Shown piece by piece: positions 49,834 to 63,000 of a stretch of DNA of 64,000 nt. Made by a program: the position numbers and the translations under genes. The stretch is from assembly GCA_051294375.1 (NCBI GenBank), contig CM119271.1, positions 304,721 through 368,720 on the forward strand, in the 5' to 3' direction. This stretch comes from Paraspadella gotoi. Lineage: Eukaryota; Animalia; Chaetognatha. The notes below the pieces were generated by a model. It saw nothing but the letters and a program-made list of their open reading frames with translations. It ran no database searches and was not told where the DNA came from. Position 1 is the first letter of the stretch. The number at the start of each line of letters is the position of its first letter.

Positions 49834-52800
49834 TCAGCGATGTCCGCGCAGAAGGACGAGACTTCGGGACAAGGATCCTCCAACGAGTCGAGAATAAAGT
49901 TTCACTTCCTCCCAGTCGTCGTCGTCGTCGTCGCCGTCTTCTTCTTCGTCTTTTCTGCGGCGAAGCTCATCCCGGTACGAAGCGAAGTCCATTATCGAAC
50001 CATCATAGAAAACCGTGACGCTGTACGGTAAAAATTATTTTTAAAAAATTAATCAAATCATCCAAACGTACCAAGATGGAAAAAAATTGTCGCGGTTCTG
50101 AAAAGTCGGTTAATTTCATTATCAAATATATTTTTTGGCCGGTAAATAGGTTTTAATATATAATATAACCTCATAGGACTGAATAAAAATATTATTTCTC
50201 AACAGCATAAAATTATTTAATGCATTCAAACACTTCCAAAAAAGGTTATCTCCAACTGTTTTCACCTATTTTTGATCAAGAGGACTTCTCACATTATTGT
50301 TAATATTATATCTCTAACATAATATTTTTTATCTGATTTAGGGCAAAGAAGCAATTAAAAAGATTGATCCCTATAAAACAAAAAAACAGGCTTGATTTGT
50401 TGTTGCATAATATGATGATACATTGTCTTTTATTTCAACAAGATCTTAATTTTTTTTTTACTTGTTTGATATTTGGTTCTGATAATACATCCAGAGGTAA
50501 ATAAAAATGATAACTTTAGTCATAGAAAGGACACCCGGAGAATTATAACTTTTATTGATATTTTACAATATAAAAAAATATTCTGAGCATTTACGCAATT
50601 AATATATTTTTAATACCACTATTTTTTGACATATGAATTAAGATTCATCCTTGAATCTATCATCATGGAGATGATACAATAATTATGTGACATGAGACGG
50701 AAAAAAGACAGGAATTTTTAATAGTAACGGTTTCACTCAAAAAGTAATAAAAAAGAACAGGAAATTAGTATAAATAAAAAGTGTAAATATGAAAAAAATA
50801 TAAATTTGACAGTTTTTGTTAATTTTTAATTAACAAATCATTAAAGTTTCAAAAAGTTGATCAATGATCATGAAGGTTATTGGATGGATGAATTTCACTG
50901 AGATATAGAAACATAAAACAAAACTTATTGAAAGATAAAGCGATTGGTCCAGGTCCCATTAAAATCGATCAAAGCCTCAGAAAGTTATAGGATGTCAAAG
51001 TCGATTGGTACAAAACATACTCGAGCTATTTTCAATGTTAAAAGGACGACAACGGTCAAAAGAAGCAGAAACGAATTAACTTCTCGCCCAAGTCGGGAAT
51101 TCGCCCGTCTGGCGAGATAAAAAATAAAATAAAAAAAAAATTTTGACATTATTTAGTATTTTGATAATATAAAATAGCATCCATCCGTTTTTTTTTTCAT
51201 GATCTTTAATAAACACATTAACAATATTTATACCAGACTTCTCTAAGTTTGTAACCTGTTACGCCTTACTGCCCAATCAAAGTTATATAATATGTCCAAA
51301 GTCAGGGGCAAGATAGCTTATTTATTAAATGAATGGATAATTTTTATATTGGTTGTACCAATTTCATAAAATTCAGCTCCTTGTATTTTGATGCTAGTGC
51401 GGAGTACAATAAGTATTCCCCGATCTAATACTTAAGGGAGTGGTCTTTTCATACAATTGAAACATTCTTTGAAATATTTTCCACTTCATTGATAGGGAAG
51501 CCAGGCAGCCAGGCACTCTGGGAGTGAATAAACAAGACTGTGAGAGAGTCTTGATTGAAAGCTTGCAGGGACCTGCTATGTCATTATCTTGTAAGAGTGA
51601 TGGAGGCCTTAAACCACCAAAGCCTGTCCAAAGTCAGGGGCAAGATAGCTTATTTATTAAATGAATGGATAATTTTTATATTGGTTGTACCAATTTCATA
51701 ATGTTTTATTAACTGTGTAGTGTGTATAAAAGGATCACTCCCTTGAGTATGAGATAGGAAAAACGAAATTATTCTCTGCACAAGCATCAAGATACTAGGA
51801 GCTGTCTTATGAAATTGGTACGATCAATATATTAACAAATGACCCAACTAAAAATGTGCCACTCTGGCACAATCGAAGCCCCAACCTTCCGGCGTCGACT
51901 TCCTCGTCCTTATCCTCCCCCTCGGTGCTCAATTTCGCGTAGCCGGATTTGTCCAACTTGGGCGTGGCCGCCTCGACCGGCACCCACGAGTAGGTGGCGG
52001 GACAGAGGAGTTCTGATGGCCTGTAAGAAGCTTTGTAACGCATCTTGGGACAGGAGTGGATGTAGTAGCCCATGTAGTAGTGACGGAGCTCGGGAAGGCG
52101 AGCAGAGAGAAGGCGAGCGGTGTGGATTTCGTGAAGGGCGGAAAAAACGCCGGGGCTGAGGAATCTTGAAGGGAAGAGACAAGGGAAATCCTCCTTTCAG
52201 CCAATCCCAATGACCAACCATCCCAATCGTGGGTTCCTGCCACATACTACAATTTCGCGCCGTCTTAGCACAAGATTGGCGGACGGGCGGTTCTGGAGTG
52301 ACCACAAGAGTGGAGCTTTCGAGAACAAAATTTTTATTTCAAATTTACTACTGTGGCGGTATATTCACACCGCCTCACCTCCAGCTTCATACAGCCAATC
52401 CCATTGGCTCTTAGGGGAAACGCACCATTCCAAACGTTGGGTTCCATCCACAGTCCTAATAACTTTCGCGTTGGCAAAGCGAGACTGTCCCAGGGTAACC
52501 GGGCGAGTGACAGGAGGCGACAGGAGGCGTCACTGAGGGTCGGTAGCCCCTAAAGCCAAGAGTGAGATTCCCCATCCCAATGTGCATCACAGACAACCCG
52601 GCTGTTGCCATATTACAATAATAATTTTGCAACGAAGTAGAGTATTTTGAAAAAACTTCGATCTCAACTCACCCGAAGTCTGGGTCGTAGTAGAGATAAA
52701 CCGAAGAGAGGCACGAGGGAAGGATGTCGACGACGCCGACGGCGACGAGGCGATCCTCGAGCCAGTATTGCTGATGGAACGAGCCGAGGCCAGTCGCAGG

Positions 52801-53788
52801 AGTCGCAGGAGTCGCAGGAGCGGCAGGGGCGAACAAATCCGCGGCGGGGATCTCAAAATCGAGACGTCCGAAGTCTTTAGGTTCGAAGACGAGCGGCGAA
52901 TCGCAGAGAAAATTCACGAAGGAAGATTTCGTGATCTCGTCGGGTGAATCTGTAAAGATTCGAGGATTATTTGCTTCAGTTTCGATCTTTTGAATTCTTT
53001 TACTTTTTTTTCAAGAAACTGACCTCCGTGGATGATTCTCTGGTACTTTGCGTAGAGGTGGAAACTCTCGTCGAGCGTTCTTTGGAATTCCTGAGAGGGT
53101 GGGTGAGACCGGACGACGACAATGCGAAGGGAGCGTTTGGGAGCGGAAGACCCGAGATCCAAGGGAGATAGGTGAGAGAAAGAAGGTAGCGTAGGTCTAG
53201 TCGTAGTCGCCCCCTCAGCAGCCGCCACCGCAGCCACCCCGCCCGACCCTTTAGCCGCCTGTTTAGCCAATTTCCTTTCTCGCCTCAGCTTCTTGGTCTT
53301 GACGCACCGAGGTTTGTTGGGATCGGCGCCGCATCCCGGCGTCACGATTTTTGGCGTTATTCCGGTAGAGTAGTCAATAGTCGACGCTGGCGGAGCCCCT
53401 CCGGCGGTCGACGCATCATCGAACGTCAAATACTTGATCCAACGTCTTTGCACTTTCTTTTGCGACTTGGACGGTGAGAAGAGGAGAAGGCGGCACCTGA
53501 CAGTATAGGACGGGCAGCAGGTGGCGTCCATGGTCGGCTTGTAGACGTACTGGCCGCATCGACGCCAACCCCGGTCAAGGAGATCCTAAGAGGGAGGGGA
53601 ATAAGTGAGCGGATAAACGGATATGGGGACTGAGACCTAACCAGTCCTAACTTTATTTGGAACCTCACCTGATAATCTCTACAGGTGAGTTTTATCGCCC
53701 ACATTCCTAGACTGAAGCAAGAGTCTTTGGCCTTGCAATAGCCGCAATCGGTGCCCCGGTGATCGGGAAAAAAGTCGACAATGGACAT
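49834..53788 (-). CDS. ATE1: Arginyl-tRNA--protein transferase 1
   Basis: CGYCK, YQDLLDRGWRRCGQYVYKP..TCCPSYTVR, LYAKYQRIIH, GSFHQQYWL, VGVVDILPSCLSSVYLYYDPD, YYMGYYIHSCPKMRYKASYRPSELLCP. Confidence 0.94.
50070..50800 (+). repeat. Truncated copy of MITE family E
   Basis: Collinear with 56673-57410 (ccaagatggaaaaaaattgtcgcggt...). Confidence 0.75.
51490..51700 (+). repeat. Short interspersed repeat family F
   Basis: gcagggacctgc..attatcttgtaag..cctgtccaaagtcaggggcaagatag..ttggttgtacca. Other copies at about 51294-51370, 35655-35785, 48167-48200, 59503-59560, and reversed at about 9105-9200. Confidence 0.7.
52352..52612 (+). mobile_element. Solo LTR, family C (261 bp) in an ATE1 intron
   Basis: TGTGGC..GTTGCCATA termini, imperfect 4-bp TSD (ctac/ttac), A/B-box-like tggctcttaggg and gggttccatcc, same 3' module as the TRIM. 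Confidence 0.8.
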
Positions 53789-53949
53789 GATTTCACTGCA
53801 GAATCACTTCTAACAAAATACTAATATATCTAAAGGGGCATTTACGAAAAACAGTTTACTGGTTAGGTTGTCAAGTTTCGAGAGAGTAGAGGCGGGAATT
53901 GACTGTCCAGTGTCCACAGAGCTCTCTGCTGAGTCTCTCTCTCTAACTT

Positions 53950-54603
53950 CTAAGGTTTTTTGTCGGGAGGCGTGAGGCGAAAGTTTTTCAATTCATCCAT
54001 AACGTCTTTCTTCAAGTCTCGCCAAAGCGAATTGTGCTCTTGCTCGGGGAATATTAGAGCGGGATACCTGAGACGAAGAGAATTTCGTTAACAAATTCTC
54101 CCAATAATCGCTAACTTTAAAGCACACAAAAAATATTTTTTTCTCTTTTAATTCCTCCACTTTTGTTCTCTTTGTTCCATCCAAACTCAAAACTGTAAAT
54201 TGTAACGAGGCGAAAGATCAACTGGAAAGCCCCAGACACCTTAACATCTCCGCTCTTCCTATCGACTATTTCACTCTCTCTCTCTCTCCTTTCTTACTCA
54301 TTCCTCTCCTCATCCTCCCACTCTCAAAAGTTTTCCTCCCTTCTTAAAATTTAAATATAAGTTCCTATTTCCCCCCACATTCTCTCCCCTTCTTCCTCAC
54401 TTTTCCGGTCGAAAAAAACTGTGGATGATGACGACGCAATCGCAGACAAAGACGCCGCCCAAGATAAACGCGAGGACGCGAAGGCCGTTATTGTCGCCGC
54501 GAAAGTAGCCGACGCAGCGGTTAAGAAACAGATGGGCGCGGGAGACGGGGACCGGGGGGGTGGAGTTGCGGGGCAGGACGTACGGTACGGACGGGCGAGT
54601 CAT
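53950..54603 (-). CDS. 106-aa single-TM protein, possibly a divergent complex III subunit 9 (UQCR10/QCR9-like)
   Basis: Exons 54401-54603 and 53950-54067 join in frame. Hydrophobic LRVLAFILGGVFVCDCVVII, followed by NSLWRDLKK. Confidence 0.6.
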
Positions 54604-54994
54604 GATCGTAAGATTGGAGTCCCCAAGTCGATTTGGGGGGGGGAGGGAAATCGAAAATATAACGGGAGTAGGTGAAGGAGTTTTTTTTAACCAGTGCTTA
54701 ACACAAAAGAGGGTATTATCAGAATTCTGAGAGTGGAAGGTAATTTTTAATAAAATCGGTTCACAGGAAATAATTCTGTTCATTTCAGTAGGAAATGTGT
54801 AAACGAGGTGGAGAATAACTCGGGACAACAACAAATTGGAAAAAAATATATGCAATGCAACGTATTGAATTAAATTACAATGATGATAATAATAATAATA
54901 ATAATAATAAAACACGAGTCAACGAAAAAAAAGCCATCATCTGCTAAGAGAGCCAGACTCCCCTTCTCCCCAAACATATTTCTCCGATGAAACT

Positions 54995-55297
54995 TCACGT
55001 AGACGTTTGCCGATAGTTTTTCGTCTCCAGCACCTTTTTTCCGCACATTGCGCAAATGCCCTTCTTGTAGGCGCATCCTTGGCAGTAGTGGGAACCGACT
55101 TGATGCACCGTCGTCTTACAGATGCGGCATTTTCCGAATTCGGAGGTGTAAGGATTAAAACGGGCTCGTTTGGAGGTGAGGGCTTTGTTCTCGCCGACGC
55201 GTCTTCCTCCCGACTCGGTCGTGTTGCGCGCGCCGTCCTTCCACTTGTCCGGAGTGATGACGCGCCCGAGTTTTCGTTCGCACTTTTCGCAAACCAT
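54995..55297 (-). CDS. CRIPT: Cysteine-rich PDZ-binding protein
   Basis: MVCEKCERKLGRVITPDKWKDGARNTTESGGR...CAYKKGICAMCGKK..YRQTST. Confidence 0.96.
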   Translation of the reverse strand: MVCEKCERKLGRVITPDKWKDGARNTTESGGRRVGENKALTSKRARFNPYTSEFGKCRICKTTVHQVGSHYCQGCAYKKGICAMCGKKVLETKNYRQTST

Positions 55298-55699
55298 TTC
55301 TGGTTTTTTTTTTTCCTTTAAGGCCTTTAAGTTTCGTTCACAAAAATGAAAAAGTATGTTTAACTTTTTTTTTTTTACTAATAATTCGTCTTTGTGGATT
55401 TTAAATTGGGCTTCTATTCATCTAAAATGGAGATGAAAATATTTATAAGTAAAATTGACCAGCGAAACATTGTTAAAACGAAGACTAAAAGAATTCTACT
55501 CCTCGTATAAAAAATCACAGCGCATCAACAACATTCAACAATAACAATGGACAAAAAAAAATCACTGGGAATATAACAATAATACCGATCTAAGATTTAA
55601 AGTGAGGCACTTGAATCGAGATTTCCCTCTTTCTTCCGCCCAATAATCTAGTCACGTCCTCCTTGTCATCTCCTACCATTTTCTCTCCTCTCCTCATTG

Positions 55700-58600
55700 T
55701 CAAACATATTCCAACCCTTCCTCCATCCTTCCTCCTCCACGCCTCTTCCACCGCCAGGCGGCGCGCAGGGTCCTATTGGCGGCGGCGTGGAAGGCGTCGA
55801 CGAAGACGCGCGGGTGATTTTTGTTGGCGACGTTGAGGTAGATGCCCGCCAGGACGAGGAACCCACTCCAAGCGTAGCGCGGGCTGAAAGGTTTGGCGAA
55901 GAAGAGGAAGGAGAGGAGGATGGTGACGGACTTGCGGAGCGTGGTGACGGTGACGGCGACGAGGGCACCGTGGGACGCGACAAGGGCGAGGACCTTTGGT
56001 GGGGTGAGGGGCGGTTAAGAGTAATAGTAAGAGTAAGAGTAATAGATTAAGGTTAACTGCTAAAAGCGTATCAAAACTTTCAGGAGTTTAGCTAAATGTT
56101 AAATTCGAATGACGGCAAGATTGCCTAATGCCTATGGTGATGGCTTTGCGAACCCTCAGTGACCGTGACTCGTATGTTGAATGCGGTCTTATCACATTTT
56201 AGCCAGAACCGGGATACCCAGGGATTAAACCCGGGAAGCACGGTTGACACGAGTTGAATTCGCCTGCTCAGCCATATAGACGAGGCATCAAATAATTCAC
56301 ATCAAAATCTACAAAATAAAAGCCGAACAACCCATAATTTTTTTTCGTTGCTAACCACGTTAACGCCGAGGTATCCAGCAAGTGAGAAGAGCAGGGCGTA
56401 ACCGAGAGTAGGCCCTGGGTGAGCAGCGCAGAAGGTAAGGGCGTCCAGAAGGTCGCCCTTTATTAACAGACCCACGAAGAGATAGACGGCGCCGATGGAG
56501 TAGGAATACAACACCATCTCCGCCGTCGAGCTCGAGTGCGCCTTCATCGCCTTCTCTTGAACGTTGCCTGCGTGAGGGGAGGGGGAGAAGGGAGTTATCC
56601 TAATTAATCATAAGTCAGCTGGAATCACAAAAATAATTAAAAGTATAATTAAGTTATTATGATAAATAACTACCATGATGGAAAAAAAAAGTATCGCGGT
56701 TTGGAAAAGCCAGTTAATTTTATTATCAAATATATTTTTGGCTAATAAATAAGTTTTAATAGGTAATATGATCTCCCTAAGACTGAATAAAATGATTATT
56801 TCTCAACAGCATTAAATTATTCAATACATTCAAATACTTCCAAAAGACGTTGTCTCTAACTGTTTTCACTTCTTTTTGATTAAGAGAACTACTCATATTA
56901 TTGTTAAAATTATATCTCTGACATAATATTTTTTATCAGATTTGGGGTAAAAATATTCCTTAGCAAGCAGTGAAAAAGATTTATCTTCTATAAAGTAAAC
57001 CAGGCTTGAGTTGTTGCTGCATAATGTGATAATTCATTATTTTTCACTTCAACAAAATCTTTATTTTTTTATTTTTGGACTTGTTTGACACTTGATTCTG
57101 ATAATACATCCAAAGGTAAATAAAAATGATAACTTTGCTTACAGAAAGGTTACCCGGAACCTTATAACTTTTATTGATATTTTAAAATTTAAAAATAATA
57201 TTTTGTAACATCTACATCAATGTATTTTTAATATTGCCCTTTTTTTGACATATGAATAAAGATTCATCCTTGAATCTATCCTAATAAAAATAATGCAATA
57301 ACCATTTGACATGAGACTGAAAAAAGGCAGATATTTTTAATAGTATTGGTTAAACTCAAAAAGTAATAAAAAAGAACCGGAAATGAGTATAAATAAAAAG
57401 TATAGATATAAAAAATATAAAAATGAAAGAAGCATTTTTTTGGACAACGCATTTTCATTTACATGGAACTCCTGTATTTTTTGTCATACATAAATAAGAT
57501 ACAGCTTATATGAATCACAAAAGGCTAAAGTTTCTTAATATCTAAATTTTAATTTTTTATTCTGACATCAAAATGCCGAAAAATAACTGGAAAGTAACCG
57601 CGACACTTTTTTTTTCCATCATGGTAATTAATTAAACCTTCAGGGCAATAGAATAAAAATTTATCAAGATTTAATCAAAACACGACAATATGCAAATAAG
57701 TTTGACGAACTCAATCTCATTTGAAATAATTTACATATTAATCTGCTACATAAAAAATGTATCAAGTGAAATTAGAAGAAACCAGTGGCTGGGGCAATAC
57801 ATGTAAATCACTTTCACGGGCTTAAAATGAACTGTGACTGCGGTACTAATAATATTTTGTAATAATAGTATAAAAAATAAAAATAATATTATTTTTAAAC
57901 TAAAATTAATTGCTATTTTATTTTTATTTGTAAAGCCATCTGGTTTATTAAGACTAAAACAAACAAAAATTGCTATATTGTATAAAGCTATGCAAGAGAA
58001 GATCTAGTGGGTGCAGACAGAAGAGCAAATTTCTATAGAAAGTAAAGGAAGAAAAATTATATAGACGAGAAAAAAAAAATTGGAAAAAAAAATTTACAAT
58101 TTTAAGGGTCAAGTAAAATCACTTTAGTGATTTACAATAACATTGAATTATTATTAAACTTGACGACTTCTCACCGATGACTGCGTCGGCCATGAGCGCC
58201 ACCGACACTAGAAAGACACCTGTCGGGTCGAAGTTGGGATGGAGACTAACGTCGGTCAGAGTGAAGAAGACGAGACCGACGGTCATGAGAAGAGCGGCAG
58301 ACACGTCGATCAACCCGTACGTTTTGCCCTAAATTGATAACGAAGAGCAAGATTAACAACAAATGAATGTACATAACAATAAACTTAGTGGTAAAATTGG
58401 TTTTAACCAATACTATTGGTCCAATAGTCAAAAGATGAAGATCGACAATTCTGAAATTTGCCTCTCTTGTCTTTGACTCAACGTAATGCCCACCAAGCCC
58501 CCCCCCCCCCCCGACCCCCCGTTTCCATTCTTTCTCGCCTCTCACCTGAATAAAGACTCCCCCAATCATGACCGGGATGAGCTTGCAGCTCTTGAAGATG

Positions 58601-59039
58601 ACCTGCGTGGGATAGTTGAGATGCGCGACGCTAACGTTGGAGCAAGCCATCGTGGTCACGGTCAGCAAGGCGATGAGGGAGTAGATCCGCAGCGGCGTCC
58701 GGCGCCGCCTCGCCTCCGTCGGCGACAAGAGGAAAAGTTCTACGACGCCGAAGGTCGAGTAGCAGAGAAACTGGACGAAGGTGAGGAACCAACCGAAGGG
58801 TCGGAATCCTTCCAGGCTGAAGATGAGTTCCTGGAGATAACCGTAGAGAAGGAAGGTGGCAAGACGCCCACGCTGAGTCCGACCAGGCGATGCCATCTGG
58901 GCAGGCGGGCGAGGTCGTAAGAGAAGAGAGTGATAGGGCCGTGAGGATGGTAGGTCATGGGGGGAGGTTGGGGTGCGGGCGGAGGAGGGATACCATCGAT
59001 GCAAGGTTGCGATGGAGAGGCCAAGTCACCGGAGGTCAT
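55700..59039 (-). CDS. SLC35B3: PAPS transporter 2 (apparent 1-nt frameshift in exon 1)
   Basis: YGYLQELIFSLEGFRPFGWFLTFVQF, LNYPTQVIFKSCKLIPVMIGG, ADAVIGNVQEKAMK, EMVLYSYSIG, VTVTTLRKSVTILLSFLFFAKPF. Confidence 0.92.
56110..56286 (-). mobile_element. Diverged LTR fragment of TRIM family B (reverse orientation)
   Basis: The reverse complement contains gcctcgtc..atggctgagcagg..cccgggtttaatccctgggtatcccggttctggct..gtcactgagggt. Confidence 0.75.
56673..57624. mobile_element. Complete TA-target MITE, family E (Tc1/mariner-type)
   Basis: TA|ccatgatggaaaaaaaaagtatcgcggt ... accgcgacactttttttttccatcatgg|TA. Confidence 0.82.
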
Positions 59040-60091
59040 TGAAGGTCAATTTCACCCTCTCATCGCTCAGTTTAATGCTGAGAGTAACATTAACAACATG
59101 TTAAAAAAATTAATTCTACAATGAGTACGTAACAAATCCGCATCAAGAGCGCAAAGCTCTTAGCTTAATCTAATCAACTCGAAAAACAATTCGCGAACGT
59201 CGGAAGTCTTGAGGATCGAAGCTTGAGATTAAATTAATAATTACCCCGTGTCCGTTCGCGAGTGACACCAAAAAAATGCGTACCATTTCTCATTGGAGAA
59301 ATATTTTTTTAATTTTCTTTCTTTATTCTATAGCAAAGTACTGGACGTTTATTATATTTTAATTTCATAAGATTAATTTTATATTTACTTATGTAAAACA
59401 ACCTTTTTAATGGTCATCCAATTTCATTTTCAGTAAAAAAACTAAATCTTTTTTTAAAAAAAATCAAATTAATTACTTAAAATATTAAAATTCATTTACA
59501 TAAGATAGCTTATTTATTAAATAATGGATAATTTTTATATTGGTTGTACCAATTTTATAAATTATATTTATTAAATATTTAAGGTATAGTAAAAATTTTT
59601 TTGTGTCACTCGCGAACGGACACGCGGTATGTATAAATAACAAAATGCGTTTTGACTAGAAAATAAGATTTTTTTACAGCTGAATTTGTATGGAATCCTG
59701 GGCATTTTGAGCATTTATTCAGAAGCATCGCCGTCGTTAGACAAAATTTGAAAAGGCACGAAACGAAAGGGAAAGACGAAGACGGCAAAAAAAATATATG
59801 AAAAAGAACCGCAAAAAGGAGAGATCTTGGTTAATGAGCAAATTCAGTTGAGTATGAAAAACGTTAATAATGAAAACCAAAAAAAATTAACAGCAAATAG
59901 GGGGAGGAGATCAAACGCTACGTGGATTTTCACGTCAAACGAAAACGACAAAAAAAAAAAAAAAAAAAACCGTTACAAAGAAATAGGAAAACATTTTTCC
60001 CAGCAATAAGAGACAAAATCCCTCCGTTCATGATAATTAAAACTGTTCAATGAACAATGACTCAATCTCGGTAGTAACGAAAGCGAACCAG

Positions 60092-63000
60092 TTAATTGTA
60101 CATGAACTTTTTGGTGAGCTTATTGTAGACCGGCTTGGAGAAGTAGTAGTTCTCGTCGTTACGGTCTCGTGGCTTGGGTTTAATGGGCGCTCCGACGAGC
60201 GGATTGTAGTCCTTGTGCTGGACCACCTCGTCAGGGCGACCAGCATTGAGAAAGTCCATAATGTTGATGTTCCCGAGAACGTCACCCGTGATGAGGTGAA
60301 AGGGGGTGAGAGAGACAGCGAGGCAACCCTCTTGCAAATCACGAGGAACGCCTTTCTTGCTGCGATAGATCATGGGGTTGCCGGAGCCCTTAACCGCACC
60401 TATGGTGGAGGTGAATATATCTTTACCTCCTTATATCGATGATACTGTGGACGAACAACCATAACACGCAACCTCGGTCAAACCACTTGACCTTACCAAA
60501 CTTACCCTCGCTCAATTTCCCCCACTTATTTATGGTCAAACGTTGACCTTGTAAATACTATTATTATATACTTATTATTTGAGCATTTTGACTGTTATTG
60601 TTTATAACGTTGTTGAAGAATAAATAATTCTTACTCCGAAACTTGTTGCGTCCGCAATACCTTGTTTCACTAGTGTCACTAGCTCCCGACTTACCCGATC
60701 CTTGCCCGGCTCTCTGCCAGATCCACAGAATGACCTCGTCCCTCTCATCGTGACCGATGGCGACGGCCTTGCCGAGACTCAGCATTCGCTTTTGAAAGTC
60801 CGTCTGGGGAGGAGAAAAAAACGGACCAATGTTTTTTCAGAGTTAACTAAAGCTCTTTTAGGTGTTCGAAAGTGCGGCATTCCTTTTTTAAAACGATATA
60901 CAATCCATCTGGAAAACAATGTACGTAGTATAATCGAAAACAATTTAAACGACTTTATTGAACAGAATCATTTGTAATTTTAAACGGTTGTCCATACTTT
61001 TTAAATCTTTTAAAAACGATTTTTTCGAACCAATGGGAAGGATTTAGATTTTGGTTTTCCACCTGTCCAAAAATACTATTATCGTAGTCGCGATGATTCA
61101 AAAAGTGGGCAAATACAGTGATAAATCGTTTCGGGGTCAAGTCTTTCATCAATTCAGCCATAGTGTAGTCGTCCATGATGAGCGAGGGGCCAACATTTGG
61201 CAAAAGAGTTTCCATCTGTGGAACCACTCGGGTGTTGCCATTCATTTTGGAAACAAGCGCAACGAAAAACGCAAGAGTCTTCCAGTGTTGGCGAGGAATA
61301 AGAATATCTGTCTCTTCCCTGGCGACCAACTCCACTAGCAAGTGCTTATCACCCGAACCCTTCCCACCAAATGCTTCCGAAGGAACAACGCCCAACAGAT
61401 TGACGTTAAAAAAAGCGTTAATAAGGACAACGGCATCCTTCCTGAAGACAGGTTGGCGACCCCAAGAGAAATTAATTTCTTTCGCGATTAAGTCTAACTC
61501 TATGTCACCGAAAAACTTTTCCGGAAACAAGGAGGGTGGAATGACAAGAAGAAAGCGCCCGTGGGCGATCCGTTCCAGGTGAGAGCTTTCGTTGATAAAA
61601 GGCGAAAGGATAAATCGTAAAAGTTTCGAATTCCGCAAAAAGGAGGGAGGTGGGATGCAGAAGAGCGAGGGAATGGGAGAGGAATCGTTAGCCTCAGTGG
61701 CGAAAAGTCGATCAGCGATAGAATAGGTATCCATATCCAGCGGACGACGAAGCAGGGAGTAAAAGTCTTGACTCTCGACGCGAAATCGGTCTCCGTATTC
61801 GGCGGAAAGGTCCTTCAACGGAAGATCGAAGGTTTCGACATCGGCCTCGATCCCGACGATGGAGAGACCAGGATTGGCGTCGAGGAGCTTTCGACTCAGG
61901 ATTCCTGGTCCAGGATTTATCTCGAAGAGTCGAGATTGGCCTGAGGCATTGAAGGCATTGAAGAGTCTTTCGTTAAGATTCCGAGCCAAGTCGGTGGCTA
62001 GGACCTCGTCTCGGAGATAGAGAGAATCCGAATTGACCGTGGTCGAAGCATGAGCAGCATCGATCTTAATGTTAACAGACTTGGGAACTAAGAGCGATCT
62101 CCATTGCCGTAACTTGAGAGCGGTGCCATTTTTCCGAAACGAATTCAATACTAGCACGGCCATAATACCATTGACCACTCAAGTGTAATGTAATCTTGTA
62201 AACTTGAAAAACAATAAAATGAACAATTTTTTCCCCAAAATTTGTCATGGTCTTAATTCTTTTTATTTCACTTAAGCTACTTTTCCTCGCTTTTTTTCTT
62301 AAGACCTCTGGTTGTTTAATGTTCAACCCCAAAGCCACGGAAAGAAAATTAAAAGCATTTAAAATATATTTTGTTTTCGCAAACCTACTAAATACATTTT
62401 TCATAAAATATGACTGAAAAAAGTCCACGACTCTGATCCCTACGATCGTTAAAGAAAAAACAAAAAAGACTAAAAATTCAGCTTCACTGACGTCGATGTC
62501 GAAGACAGGCGCGGTGTGCAGCGTCCCCTTCCACAGTAGCGGGATGGAAGAAGAGATGTCCCACAGCCTCATGGTCCGATCCGCGCTGCCGCTGACGATC
62601 CAAGGAAAGCAGAAGCGAACCACTTTGAGGGCGTTGGTGTGGCCCGTAAGGATCGCCACCTGCTCCCCATCGGCGATGTTCCAGACGCGAACCGAGTGAT
62701 CTCGGGACCCGGTCACCGCGTACTCGTCGTCGCAGTCAACGCAATCGACAAGATTCTCGTGGCCCCTGGGGATTTAAAAGAGTGGATTTAAGGGAGAAAA
62801 GAATTAATTTCCCATTTTCCCGCCTCTCCGATTCCCCACCAATGCTCGAAGACTCACATCAATTTAAAAGAGTGGATTTAAGGGAGAAAAGAATTAATTT
62901 CCCATTTTCCCGCCTCTCCGATTCCCCACCAATGCTCGAAGACTCACATCAATTTCCTCGCCAACTTGAAAGACGTCGGGTGACGCACGACCTCCCAGAC

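Noticed and set aside
60092-60880. Independent small gene downstream of TFB2M
   Set aside because: The translation reads as the final WD40 repeats and splices in phase to the upstream WD40 exon. The alternative start needs a weak 44-nt intron.
62072-62491. WD40 ORF running on and overlapping TFB2M
   Set aside because: After DID the sequence becomes AT-rich and intron-like, immediately following a GTCAGT donor.
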